Shown here: positions 6,502-14,932 of the stretch, in pieces | How positions within the stretch are numbered: position 1 is the stretch's first letter | How the letters are laid out: every line of letters begins with the position of its first letter | Assembly: GCA_038741355.1 (NCBI GenBank) | Contig: JAVYLC010000002.1 | Location: forward strand, 1 to 32,000 | DNA length: 32,000 nt | Direction of reading: 5' to 3' | From: Nitrososphaerota archaeon | GTDB lineage: Archaea > Thermoproteota > Nitrososphaeria_A > Caldarchaeales > Calditenuaceae | Position numbers and translations under genes: made by a program | The notes under the pieces: generated by a model | Seen by the model: the letters and a program-made list of their open reading frames with translations, nothing else | Told to the model about the DNA's origin: nothing | Database searches by the model: none

Positions 6502-7292
6502 AGGATCTCTCCCGACCTCCTCTTCGCATCCATTATCCTCCTCACGACCTCCGGCGGAAGCTTATAATCTTCAACCCTTCTCTCAACCCTCCCCAAGACC
6601 ACTAGGCCGACCCCGGGCCTAATATCGACCTCGTGCAGGTATCTGCTGTGATTCGTCTGCCTCATCTTCTCAATTATTACAAACCTTCTCAGCTCTCCAC
6701 CTCTGAGAACTCTTCTGAACCTGATTATGCCATCCGCTATGTGCTCTATTCCCCACCCGAAGCTCTCAGCCGTCGTTATCGCATACTGACTCACGGCTAG
6801 TATCGTGGAGTCCCACTTCGATAAGACCTTCTTGAGGTAATAGCTGTATCTCCTCGCCATCGCGGGTCTGTCTAGCCAGAAGGCGGATAGTGAATCTATA
6901 GCGATCCTAGCCCTACCATATCCCAGCTCCTTCTTAGCCTCGATAATCTTCTCGACGAGCGCCTCCATATCAAGCGACTTAAGGCTCCACTTATCCTCCC
7001 TCCCCATCAAGGCGTCGATTATTATCAGCTTCCTTTCATTCGCGGCCCTCTCGAAGCCCATTCCAAACTGCGAGGCCTGTTTCACGATTGACTCCCTGCT
7101 CTCCTCCGTCGTGATGTAAATGCATTTATCCCCATCCAGTATGCCCTGGTTGATGAAGTGTATCGAGAAAATAGTCTTGCCGCAGCCCGGCTCTCCCGTT
7201 ACAGCGACTAAGAAGCCTTCAGGTACCCCACCCTCGATGAGGTCATCAATCCCCCTCACGCCTGTTCTAAGCCTCTTCACCTCGGACTCCAA
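6498..7292 (-). CDS. single-domain KaiC/RadA-paralog (aRadC-like) RecA-fold ATPase
   Basis: 264 aa with RTGVRGIDDLIEGGVPEG, Walker A GEPGCGKT and a Walker B-like RIAIDSLS. The ORF starts at a TTG (7292). A GTG at 7280 fits the ATTAATCATATT TATA-like box better. Confidence 0.85.
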   Translation of the reverse strand: MESEVKRLRTGVRGIDDLIEGGVPEGFLVAVTGEPGCGKTIFSIHFINQGILDGDKCIYITTEESRESIVKQASQFGMGFERAANERKLIIIDALMGREDKWSLKSLDMEALVEKIIEAKKELGYGRARIAIDSLSAFWLDRPAMARRYSYYLKKVLSKWDSTILAVSQYAITTAESFGWGIEHIADGIIRFRRVLRGGELRRFVIIEKMRQTNHSRYLHEVDIRPGVGLVVLGRVERRVEDYKLPPEVVRRIMDAKRRSGEIL

Positions 7293-7576
7293 CCCAATAT
7301 GATTAATCCCTGCTCAGAGATAAGCTGTTCACCCCAGAGCTGACCCCGCTGAGAACGATTTAGCAGGGTCTTCAAGCTCTTTGGCCAGCGAGGAAAGCCA
7401 TGTAAACCTCGTCTGTCGAGTGTTGGTATACTCCCATTAACACCATGCCTATTTCTACCGAGTGGGTGAGAGTTTGGAAATGGCGGCCATATATCGCACT
7501 CCCCCGATAGTCGGATGAGTGTTGTAGGACAGAGAGTAATCTTTCTTACACTTTTAATAGCTGGTTTTCCTTCTGC

Positions 7577-7996
7577 CTATTTTGATCTTCTCCGCATTCC
7601 TGGGAGTTTTAGCGGGATGAACCTGAGCCCCAGGCTGTTGGCGAGGCTCTGGACCGCGTAGTCGTCTGTGACGACATATACTTCTTCAAACTTTTTTGAT
7701 AGCTCTAGGGCGGTGGCGAGTATCGACTCGTCTGTCTCTGATAACTTCGAGCCTCTCCTATGAGAGGCCTCTCTGACGGCTGTTAAAGCCTTGGTGGAGG
7801 GTTCTATCGTTTTGATGATGCCCGCGGCCAGCATAGCTTCTAGCCGGGCTACCTGTATCTCTCCATAAACCACCTCCCTAACCGCGAGATCCGTAGTATA
7901 GAGGTTTGCTCCCCCTCTGAAGCCCAGTAGAAGGGCGGCCGTGTCCAATACGTAGGCTCTCTTAGAGTCCGAGCCTCCTCCTGATCCTTTTCTCAA
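7577..7996 (-). CDS. PIN-domain endoribonuclease, Nob1-like, without zinc ribbon
   Basis: 139 aa with acidic PIN residues in YVLDTAA, AVREV, SETDESILA and VVTDDYAVQSLANSLGL; the last motif is typical of archaeal Nob1. No CxxC pairs follow. The ORF overlaps the nadK 3' end by 35 nt. Confidence 0.65.
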   Translation of the reverse strand: MRKGSGGGSDSKRAYVLDTAALLLGFRGGANLYTTDLAVREVVYGEIQVARLEAMLAAGIIKTIEPSTKALTAVREASHRRGSKLSETDESILATALELSKKFEEVYVVTDDYAVQSLANSLGLRFIPLKLPGMRRRSK

Positions 7997-8756
7997 GGAG
8001 CGTGACCCCTGAGGTTCTGACCAGCACGGTGCTGTGGCGAGACTTGGAGACTGTCAGCTCACCGCTTTCAAACTCGCGCCTGATTAATCCGTCAATCACC
8101 ACTGAGAAGGGCCCCCTTCTCCCCCTCATAAAAATCATCCTGTGCGCCGAGAATACCATTGGCCGGATATTCGTGATAGGGGCAACTGGCGTGGCTATGA
8201 TTAGCTCAAGCTCTTCGTCCACTAGCGGCCCACCTAGAGAGGTGTTGTAGCCTGTAGATCCGACGGGTGTTGAGAAGACCATGCCGTCCGCGACTACGTT
8301 TTGGAGCCTGAGCCTCTCCACCTCTAGGTCAAACTCGACGACCTTACCCGGCGAGGAGTTTGAGACATAGGCCTCGTTGACTGCGTCCGATATTGGCTCG
8401 CCGTCAACTGATATGTCGAGTCTCATGAACCTTTCCAGACTATAGTTTCCCAGGAGCAGGGATCTAACTGCGCGGTTTGCCTCATCGGGTGTAGCGTCCG
8501 AGAGGTATCCTCCTCGTCCATAGGAGATCGCTAGCACTGGGGTTTCAGGCTCCTCCAGTGAGTGTATTGAAGCAAGTATGGTGCCGTCGCCTCCGAGCAC
8601 TATTAGATAGTCGCAGCTCAGGGGCCCCTCCACTCCCCTCGCGCTCACTTCATAGAGATCATGTTCGCACCCATGCTCTTCCAAGATCTTCTTGAGCTCC
8701 GCCGCCTTACTCTCCGCCCCCATCTTGTCTTTTCTGTACACAACTATAACATACAA
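7962..8756 (-). CDS. nadK: NAD(+) kinase
   Basis: 264 aa with the VLGGDGTIL motif, NE..V, and the TPVGSTGYNTSLGGP signature. Confidence 0.9.
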   Translation of the reverse strand: MYVIVVYRKDKMGAESKAAELKKILEEHGCEHDLYEVSARGVEGPLSCDYLIVLGGDGTILASIHSLEEPETPVLAISYGRGGYLSDATPDEANRAVRSLLLGNYSLERFMRLDISVDGEPISDAVNEAYVSNSSPGKVVEFDLEVERLRLQNVVADGMVFSTPVGSTGYNTSLGGPLVDEELELIIATPVAPITNIRPMVFSAHRMIFMRGRRGPFSVVIDGLIRREFESGELTVSKSRHSTVLVRTSGVTLLEKRIRRRLGL

Positions 8757-8844
8757 CCCATTCTCGTTCTCGGTAATACTCAGCCAAGTGATAAAGCCAT
8801 CGCCCTGGGGAAGCTGGGCACCGGAACCCAGTCTGTCCCAATTT

Positions 8845-9978
8845 CTATGGCTCTGTAACCATTCCGGTCTTTTTGAGGAGACTATATGCTCCCGTGGGCG
8901 TGAGGGGGGCGTGGTGTAGTATGGTGTATCTCTCTGGGCGTAGGTTTTTACACTCTAGGAGGGCCTTTAGAGCCACCTCCGAAGAAACCTTGATGTCCGT
9001 AATGCTTGTAGGTGCTCCGGCCCGCCCTAAGTAGCTCCTCAGCTCCTGGAATGTCAGCTCGGACCCCTGCTCAGGTAGGGAATCAAAGTCCTCATACCTG
9101 GCAGCCATCAATATAGCGCCTATCCCCACCTGCTCGCCGTGCAGCCCACTCCCCTCACCCACCAAGTCGAGATAGTGTGAGAAGAGGTGTTCAGCCCCTG
9201 AGCACGGCCTCGAGGACTCCGCGAGGGTCATGGCTAGTCCACACTTCACGGCTGCAGAGGCGAGGAGTAGGACATTGCTACAACCCGCATCGATGAATCT
9301 CCTAATATCGAGGAGGGCGGATGCGGTGAGGTTGAACGTTGTTTTGCAGAAGTATTCGTCCTTGACGAGGTGGCCGAGCAGCCAGTCTCTCAAGGATGTT
9401 GTTTTGGCGAGTATGTCGGCGCATCCTGAGGAGATGAGCCGTCTGGGGGAGAGCTTAATCAGCGGCTCTGTTATCACTACTGTCTGGGGCGGTGTAGCCA
9501 TCAGACTAGTCCTCCTAGAGCCGAGCAGGATTGATGCGACCGGTGAGGATATGCCGTCGTGGGAGATGGTTGTGGGTATTGAGATGAAGGGTATGCCCAG
9601 CCTGTGAGCCGCGTATTTGCAGACATCTATAACCGTGCCCCCGCCAACTGCAACAGCGAGCGAGCAGTTTGAGGCGACCCTCTCAAGCTCTGAGACCGTC
9701 CCTATATCCGCCCTCTCAACCTCAAACACTACTGAGCCATAGCCATGCTTGGAGAAGTGTGCTTTAACGAGCTCGCCGGCAATTGATCGCGTTTTATGCC
9801 CTGTCACAACTGCTACGGGGCCCCGGGGATCTATCCCACTCGTCACAAGGTCCAGAAGCTCGCCCAGTGAGTCGCCGAAAAGGATCTGGCGGGTTGCCAC
9901 CTTATGCACCCTGCCGCAGCTGCAGTCGAACTTCTCTCCGAGCCTGATCTCTGGGACAGTCAGCAGGGAGGGTGGCAT
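8845..9978 (-). CDS. egsA: sn-glycerol-1-phosphate dehydrogenase (iron-ADH/DHQS-like fold)
   Basis: 377 aa with AVGGGTVIDVCKYAA, IPFISIPTTISHDGISSP and a downstream His pair (GAEHLFSH). This is the archaeal G1PDH pattern. Confidence 0.8.
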   Translation of the reverse strand: MPPSLLTVPEIRLGEKFDCSCGRVHKVATRQILFGDSLGELLDLVTSGIDPRGPVAVVTGHKTRSIAGELVKAHFSKHGYGSVVFEVERADIGTVSELERVASNCSLAVAVGGGTVIDVCKYAAHRLGIPFISIPTTISHDGISSPVASILLGSRRTSLMATPPQTVVITEPLIKLSPRRLISSGCADILAKTTSLRDWLLGHLVKDEYFCKTTFNLTASALLDIRRFIDAGCSNVLLLASAAVKCGLAMTLAESSRPCSGAEHLFSHYLDLVGEGSGLHGEQVGIGAILMAARYEDFDSLPEQGSELTFQELRSYLGRAGAPTSITDIKVSSEVALKALLECKNLRPERYTILHHAPLTPTGAYSLLKKTGMVTEP

Positions 9979-10052
9979 GGAGGAGCTAAAGCTTACTATT
10001 TATGCGGCTTAAAAATTATAGCTCTAAGACCACCATCCACAATACGGGCTTC

Positions 10053-10072
10053 ACGAGATATTACGAGATATT
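10053..10072. repeat. perfect tandem decamer ACGAGATATT x2 abutting the speB TATA-like box
   Basis: 10053-10062 equals 10063-10072. TTTATAT follows at 10078-10084, and the ATG at 10106 lies ~25 nt further downstream. Confidence 0.8.
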
Positions 10073-10105
10073 AATCATTTATATCCGTTGCGACAGTCTC
10101 AATAC

Positions 10106-11071
10106 ATGTCCAAGAACTCGGGCAAAGCTGGGCGGTTCTATCCGGTAGACTCCCTCAAATCTCCCCGCTTCACTGGCCCCTACACTTTTGCGAGGCTGCC
10201 ATACACACGGGACTTGGAGGGGGTTGATGCGCTCTTCATAGGGGTCCCCTTCGATGGGGGTGTTGTCTTTAGGCCTGGTGCGAGGTTCGGTCCAGCGGCA
10301 GTTAGGCAGGCATCGCTACTTCTACGCCTCTACAACCCATACCTCAAGGTCAAGCCCTTCGACGTTCTAAACGTGGCCGACTACGGCGACATAAGCACCG
10401 TGCCCAGCAGCATAGAGTCTACATATCAGAGCATATCGCGGGAGCTGAGCGCGATCCACGAGAGAAGAATAACGCCACTAGTATGTGGTGGGGACCACTC
10501 GATAACACTCCCACTTCTTAGAGAGGCATCAAAAGCCTATGGGAGGCTAGCGCTAATCCATGTTGACGCTCATCTAGACATGGTTGAACAGCACTTCTCC
10601 CAGAAATACACACACGGAACGGTTTTCAGGAGGGCCTTCGAGGAGGGCCTCGTAGACCCTCACAGGTCGGTTCATGTAGGGATTAGAGGGAGCCTCTTCT
10701 CGGAGGACGAGATAAGCGAGACAGAGTCCCTCGGCTTCAAAGTCATAACCATGGAGACCATCGAGGAGAGGGGGGTAGTGGGCGTCAGCAGCGAGATTAA
10801 GAGGAGGGTTGGCGGGGGAGCTGTGTACCTCTCATTCGATATAGACGCCTGCGACCCATCATGTGCACCTGGAACTGGGACGCCGGAGGTGGGTGGCCTC
10901 TCTTCCCGAGAAGCGTTAAGGCTCCTGTACGGCCTCGCCGGCCTGGAGTTTGTAGGCTTCGACTTGGTAGAGATCGCCCCACCTTACGATCACGGGGAGA
11001 TAACGGCATTCCTAGCCGCCAACATAATCTATGAATTCCTATCCCTCAAAGCCTTAAGAAAGACGCGATAA
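10106..11071 (+). CDS. speB: agmatinase / ureohydrolase family (possibly N1-aminopropylagmatine ureohydrolase)
   Basis: Arginase-fold motifs GGDHSIT, HVDAHLD and SFDIDACDP. The ORF is open from a TTG at 10088, but the ATG at 10106 matches the TATA spacing. Confidence 0.85.
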   Translation: MSKNSGKAGRFYPVDSLKSPRFTGPYTFARLPYTRDLEGVDALFIGVPFDGGVVFRPGARFGPAAVRQASLLLRLYNPYLKVKPFDVLNVADYGDISTVPSSIESTYQSISRELSAIHERRITPLVCGGDHSITLPLLREASKAYGRLALIHVDAHLDMVEQHFSQKYTHGTVFRRAFEEGLVDPHRSVHVGIRGSLFSEDEISETESLGFKVITMETIEERGVVGVSSEIKRRVGGGAVYLSFDIDACDPSCAPGTGTPEVGGLSSREALRLLYGLAGLEFVGFDLVEIAPPYDHGEITAFLAANIIYEFLSLKALRKTR

Positions 11072-11091
11072 AAAAATGGTTATGCTGGGTG

Positions 11092-12573
11092 CTAATAGCT
11101 AAGTTTAAGGATGCTCTTCCACTCCTTCGTTAGCTCTGTCGTCGCAGTTACCTCGTCAACATTTCCCGCGACATACTCGGTAATCCACTTGGCTATCGAG
11201 TCCTCTAGCATCGGGTTCTCAGGCACGTAGTTTCTGAACCCTGCCTTAAGCAGGGAATCTAGGAAGACCTCCTTGAATATTCCAGGATACTTCGGTGCTA
11301 GAGACTCTATCACGCTCTTCCTCCCTGGGAAGGAGGAAGCAACATTCCACTGCTTCACAGCGGACTCCGGCAGGACTAGGAACTGTGTGAACAGCCAAGC
11401 CTCGCGCGGATTCTTAGAGTATCTGCTAACACCTATCTGCCAAGTACCATCGATCGGGACTCCCGGTGGTGGGGAAACCCAGATTTTTCCAGCGGTCTCG
11501 GGATAGTTCTGCGCCCCCTTCTCTATGAAGTCTATGAAGGTTGAGGCCCATGAGCCAGCCCACATGGCAGCCTTTCCCCTGCCTAAGAGCTCCATGCACT
11601 CAGACCACTCCGTCTGTGTAGCGTTCGGAACATAGTTACAGAGCTCTTTGAATAATCTCGTTATCTTGATGCCCATGTCTGTTATCTCTGGGTCGAAGGC
11701 TATTCGGCCATCTTGGGTGAAGAGGTCACCCCATGGCTCAACCGGCTGACCCAGCTTAGAGACCCCCTCTGGCGACCTCCTCCACTGGGCAAAAAGCCAG
11801 GCGTACTCCCAGTGGATCGTGTGTGTCCTCATAGCCATTATGGTGTTTCCAGCCTCGACTGGCGAGTCGGGGTTGTATCTCTTGGTGAAGAAGCGCCCTA
11901 TGGCAAATACGTCTTCAAGAGTCTTGGGGACAACTAGGCTGGTGGGAATCTTCTTAGGGTCAAGCCCTAGGTCTGGAGCAATTGACTGAAGGTCGGAGAG
12001 GTTCCTGTCAATCCACTTGCTATACATGTCCTTTATCCTGGAGTCTTCCCAGAGGTCTCTCCTGTAAAACATGGCCATTACGTTGGCTGTGATTACATAC
12101 CCAATCCTCTTCCCCTCCCAGTGCATATATCGCCGATCAATGGTCTCGAGGAAGTCACCATACTCCTTGAATATCTCCGCATCAGGGTATCGCGATCTGA
12201 GCTCATCTATTGGGTAGCAGTGAGGGCCGAAGGCGCCAGTATAAATGCAGTCCCACATATAGACATCATACTCGCCCGCTCTTGTTGCGAAGTCGTGGAG
12301 CTGTCTATCCCTGCCCGTCTCCCAGTCGAAGAGAAGGAGCTCAACCTCAATGTTCGGATACTTGATCTTGAAGTCCTCCTCTGCGACGGCCTTCATCCCA
12401 GGGGCTGAGTGTGCGATAGCGACGACCCTAATCTTCTTCTGGGTCGGCTGGAGCGAGCTCCAAGCATATAGGCCCGCGCCAGCAGCCACAGCGGCGATTG
12501 CTACGCCTATCCCAACCTTAGCCGCGGTGGAGATGGCTTCTCGCCTGGTGATAAGGTCTTTCAGGTCGACCAT
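11092..12573 (-). CDS. ABC transporter substrate-binding protein (CUT1 sugar type), membrane-anchored
   Basis: 493 aa. The N-terminus has TRREAIS plus a hydrophobic anchor, and the body is a large periplasmic-binding-protein-like domain. It is divergent from two sugar permease genes. Confidence 0.8.
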   Translation of the reverse strand: MVDLKDLITRREAISTAAKVGIGVAIAAVAAGAGLYAWSSLQPTQKKIRVVAIAHSAPGMKAVAEEDFKIKYPNIEVELLLFDWETGRDRQLHDFATRAGEYDVYMWDCIYTGAFGPHCYPIDELRSRYPDAEIFKEYGDFLETIDRRYMHWEGKRIGYVITANVMAMFYRRDLWEDSRIKDMYSKWIDRNLSDLQSIAPDLGLDPKKIPTSLVVPKTLEDVFAIGRFFTKRYNPDSPVEAGNTIMAMRTHTIHWEYAWLFAQWRRSPEGVSKLGQPVEPWGDLFTQDGRIAFDPEITDMGIKITRLFKELCNYVPNATQTEWSECMELLGRGKAAMWAGSWASTFIDFIEKGAQNYPETAGKIWVSPPPGVPIDGTWQIGVSRYSKNPREAWLFTQFLVLPESAVKQWNVASSFPGRKSVIESLAPKYPGIFKEVFLDSLLKAGFRNYVPENPMLEDSIAKWITEYVAGNVDEVTATTELTKEWKSILKLSY

Positions 12574-12681
12574 AGCTTTTCATATGTATTCGGTTGATGT
12601 TTTGATATAAGCTTTTCCACGAGTCTTTTACACTGAGTGCAATTGATTTTTATATTCCACACCAAGTTTTAATGTGCGGAA

Positions 12682-13581
12682 TTGGGGAGCAGGAGTTCAG
12701 GTCTTCTATTCATAGCTCCGGCGACGGTTTACTTGGTGGCTTTAGTCATCTATCCGACAGTCTATCTCTACTACATGATCTTCCACTCCCTCAACCCTCT
12801 CTTCGACGTCACTCCCAGGTTTGTAGGCCTACAAAACTTCTATACACTGCTGCAAGACTTGGACGCATCATACGCCATTCTAGCCATGCTCCTGTTGACG
12901 GGGATCACCGTCCCTGTCCAACTTGCTCTCGGATCGCTCTTAGCGCTGCTGTTTACCTCGCCACACCTGAGGGGAAGGCTAGTCCTACGATCCATTATGC
13001 TGATACCGTTGAGCATACCTGCCGTGATAGTTGGTCTAAACTGGAAGATGATCTTCTTCACATACGGGCCGTTGAACACCTTCCTCAGCTCAGTCGGTCT
13101 CGAGCCGCAGCCATGGCTTAGCGCGCCCTTCGGCCACACTTTCAACACATTCTTCGTCCTAGCAGTTTTAGATATATGGCAGTGGACCCCCTTTGTGGCC
13201 CTAGCTGTTGCCGCCGGCATAGAGAGTATACCACCCTATATCCAAGAAGCTGCGGCCTTGGACGGCGCCACACGTCTCCAAATGATCCGGCATATAGTTT
13301 TTCCACTGAGCAAAACTGTCATAATCATCGTGTTATTGTTCAGGCTCATTGATTCTTTAAAGATCTTTGACATAATCTACATGCTGACTTTCGGCGGGCC
13401 TGGAAACCTAACAACCACTCTACCATTCTACATCTATAAGGTTGGCTTCACCCTGACTGCCGCTAGGGCGGATATCGGATATGCCTCTCTTCTAGCAGTA
13501 ATTCTACTCCTGATCGCTACTTTCCTCGTCCTGTTTGTGTTGACGCGTGTCCTCAACGTTAAACGAGTGGTGTGGGAGTGA
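12682..13581 (+). CDS. ABC sugar transporter permease (MalF/UgpA-like)
   Basis: 299 aa, multi-TM, with the EAA-type loop IQEAAALDGATRLQMIRHIVFP. Confidence 0.9.
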   Translation: MGSRSSGLLFIAPATVYLVALVIYPTVYLYYMIFHSLNPLFDVTPRFVGLQNFYTLLQDLDASYAILAMLLLTGITVPVQLALGSLLALLFTSPHLRGRLVLRSIMLIPLSIPAVIVGLNWKMIFFTYGPLNTFLSSVGLEPQPWLSAPFGHTFNTFFVLAVLDIWQWTPFVALAVAAGIESIPPYIQEAAALDGATRLQMIRHIVFPLSKTVIIIVLLFRLIDSLKIFDIIYMLTFGGPGNLTTTLPFYIYKVGFTLTAARADIGYASLLAVILLLIATFLVLFVLTRVLNVKRVVWE

Positions 13582-13584
13582 GGG

Positions 13585-14439
13585 GTGTTGGGTTTGGATA
13601 AGAGGATTTTAGGACTCGCCATCACGTTCAGCGCATGGGCCCTCGGAATCATATACTTGCTCCCCTTCATATGGATGATAGGAACGTCTTTTAAGCCAAT
13701 AGGCGAGTGGGGGCTACCTACACTCTTCCCCCAAAACCCCACAGGTACGAACTACTCGGAGATCCTAGTCACGGGCGGTGTCTATGGCGTCAGGGGACAC
13801 TTCCCTCCCATACTGAGATATCTCCTAAACAGTGTTGTGGTCTCGGTAACTGTTGCAATCTTGACAAGCCTCTTGGGCGCATTTACCGCCTACGGAATTC
13901 TTAGATACCGCGCAGGCGGTACATTCTTCGCCAACTGGATACTAAGCCTCAGAATGATACCGCCAGTCGTCATACTCTATCCGCTCGTAGTCTTAACGAA
14001 GGCAATCAACCTCTATAACACTCTTGGCGGCCTAATATTCGTCTACCCGGTGATAACTCTACCTATAGTTACTTGGTTCATGATAGGGGCTTTTAAGAGT
14101 GTTCCACGAGAGACTGAGGAGGCCGCGATGCTCGATGGTTGCACTCCATTCCAAGTCTTCACGAGAATCGCGCTCCCCCAGGCTTCTCTAGGGCTCGCCA
14201 CCTCGGCGATATTTGCTTTTCTCTTCAGCTGGTCCGAGTTCCTGATACCTCTCCTCCTAGCCCCCAGTGAGAGCGCCATGCCGCTCACGGCTTTTGCCGG
14301 ATACTTCTCAAACCAGTATGGAATATTGTGGGGGCCGCTCTCCGCAGCTGCCGTGATAATATCTCTACCAGTAATAGTGATAGCCATAATGATTCAGAAA
14401 TATCTGATTAGAGGTCTTACGCTAGGCTTCATACGCTGA
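13585..14439 (+). CDS. ABC sugar transporter permease (MalG/UgpE-like)
   Basis: 284 aa, multi-TM, with the EAA loop ETEEAAMLDGCTPFQVFTRIALP. It starts 3 nt after the previous permease gene. Confidence 0.9.
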   Translation: MLGLDKRILGLAITFSAWALGIIYLLPFIWMIGTSFKPIGEWGLPTLFPQNPTGTNYSEILVTGGVYGVRGHFPPILRYLLNSVVVSVTVAILTSLLGAFTAYGILRYRAGGTFFANWILSLRMIPPVVILYPLVVLTKAINLYNTLGGLIFVYPVITLPIVTWFMIGAFKSVPRETEEAAMLDGCTPFQVFTRIALPQASLGLATSAIFAFLFSWSEFLIPLLLAPSESAMPLTAFAGYFSNQYGILWGPLSAAAVIISLPVIVIAIMIQKYLIRGLTLGFIR

Positions 14440-14479
14440 GCGGTAAAGGTTAATAGCCGCAGCCGCCGTTTTTAACAAT

Positions 14480-14920
14480 ATGAGCGAGACAAGTATCCCT
14501 CGCGACGGCCTCACAGATGAAGAAATTAAAAACATTCTCATAAAATCGAAGAGGATCGCCGTCGTAGGGATGTCGAGGGACCCTCAGAAGCCCTCAAACT
14601 ATGTTCCGAGATATCTAATCTCTAAGGGATACATCGTCGTTCCAGTAAACCCGTCGGCTACTGAGATTCTGGGGTTGAAATCCTATAGAAGCTTGTTGGA
14701 GCTTGATACTGTTATTGACGTTGTAGATGTCTTTAGGCCGTCGGAGGAAGTGTTGGGGGTGGCGGAGCAGGCGCTTAAGATTAGGCCGCAGGTCTTCTGG
14801 ATGCAGGAGGGAATATACAACGAGGCAGCCGCCAGGCTCCTCTCGTCCAATGGGATCAAAGTTGTCTGGAACAGGTGTATGATGCGGGAACATATAAGGC
14901 TCCTCGGCTCAGGATTGTAG
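14480..14920 (+). CDS. CoA-binding domain protein (YccU/YneT family)
   Basis: 146 aa with IAVVGMSRDPQKPSNYVPRYL..GY.VVPVNP and the ..VDVFRP pattern of CoA_binding_2 proteins. Confidence 0.8.
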   Translation: MSETSIPRDGLTDEEIKNILIKSKRIAVVGMSRDPQKPSNYVPRYLISKGYIVVPVNPSATEILGLKSYRSLLELDTVIDVVDVFRPSEEVLGVAEQALKIRPQVFWMQEGIYNEAAARLLSSNGIKVVWNRCMMREHIRLLGSGL

Positions 14921-14932
14921 TCGCCACCCCCA

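Noticed and set aside
12672-13121. 149-aa ORF overlapping the first permease gene in another frame
   Set aside because: The permease frame gives a clean multi-TM protein with an EAA loop, whereas the alternative frame is Ser/Arg/His-rich nonsense.
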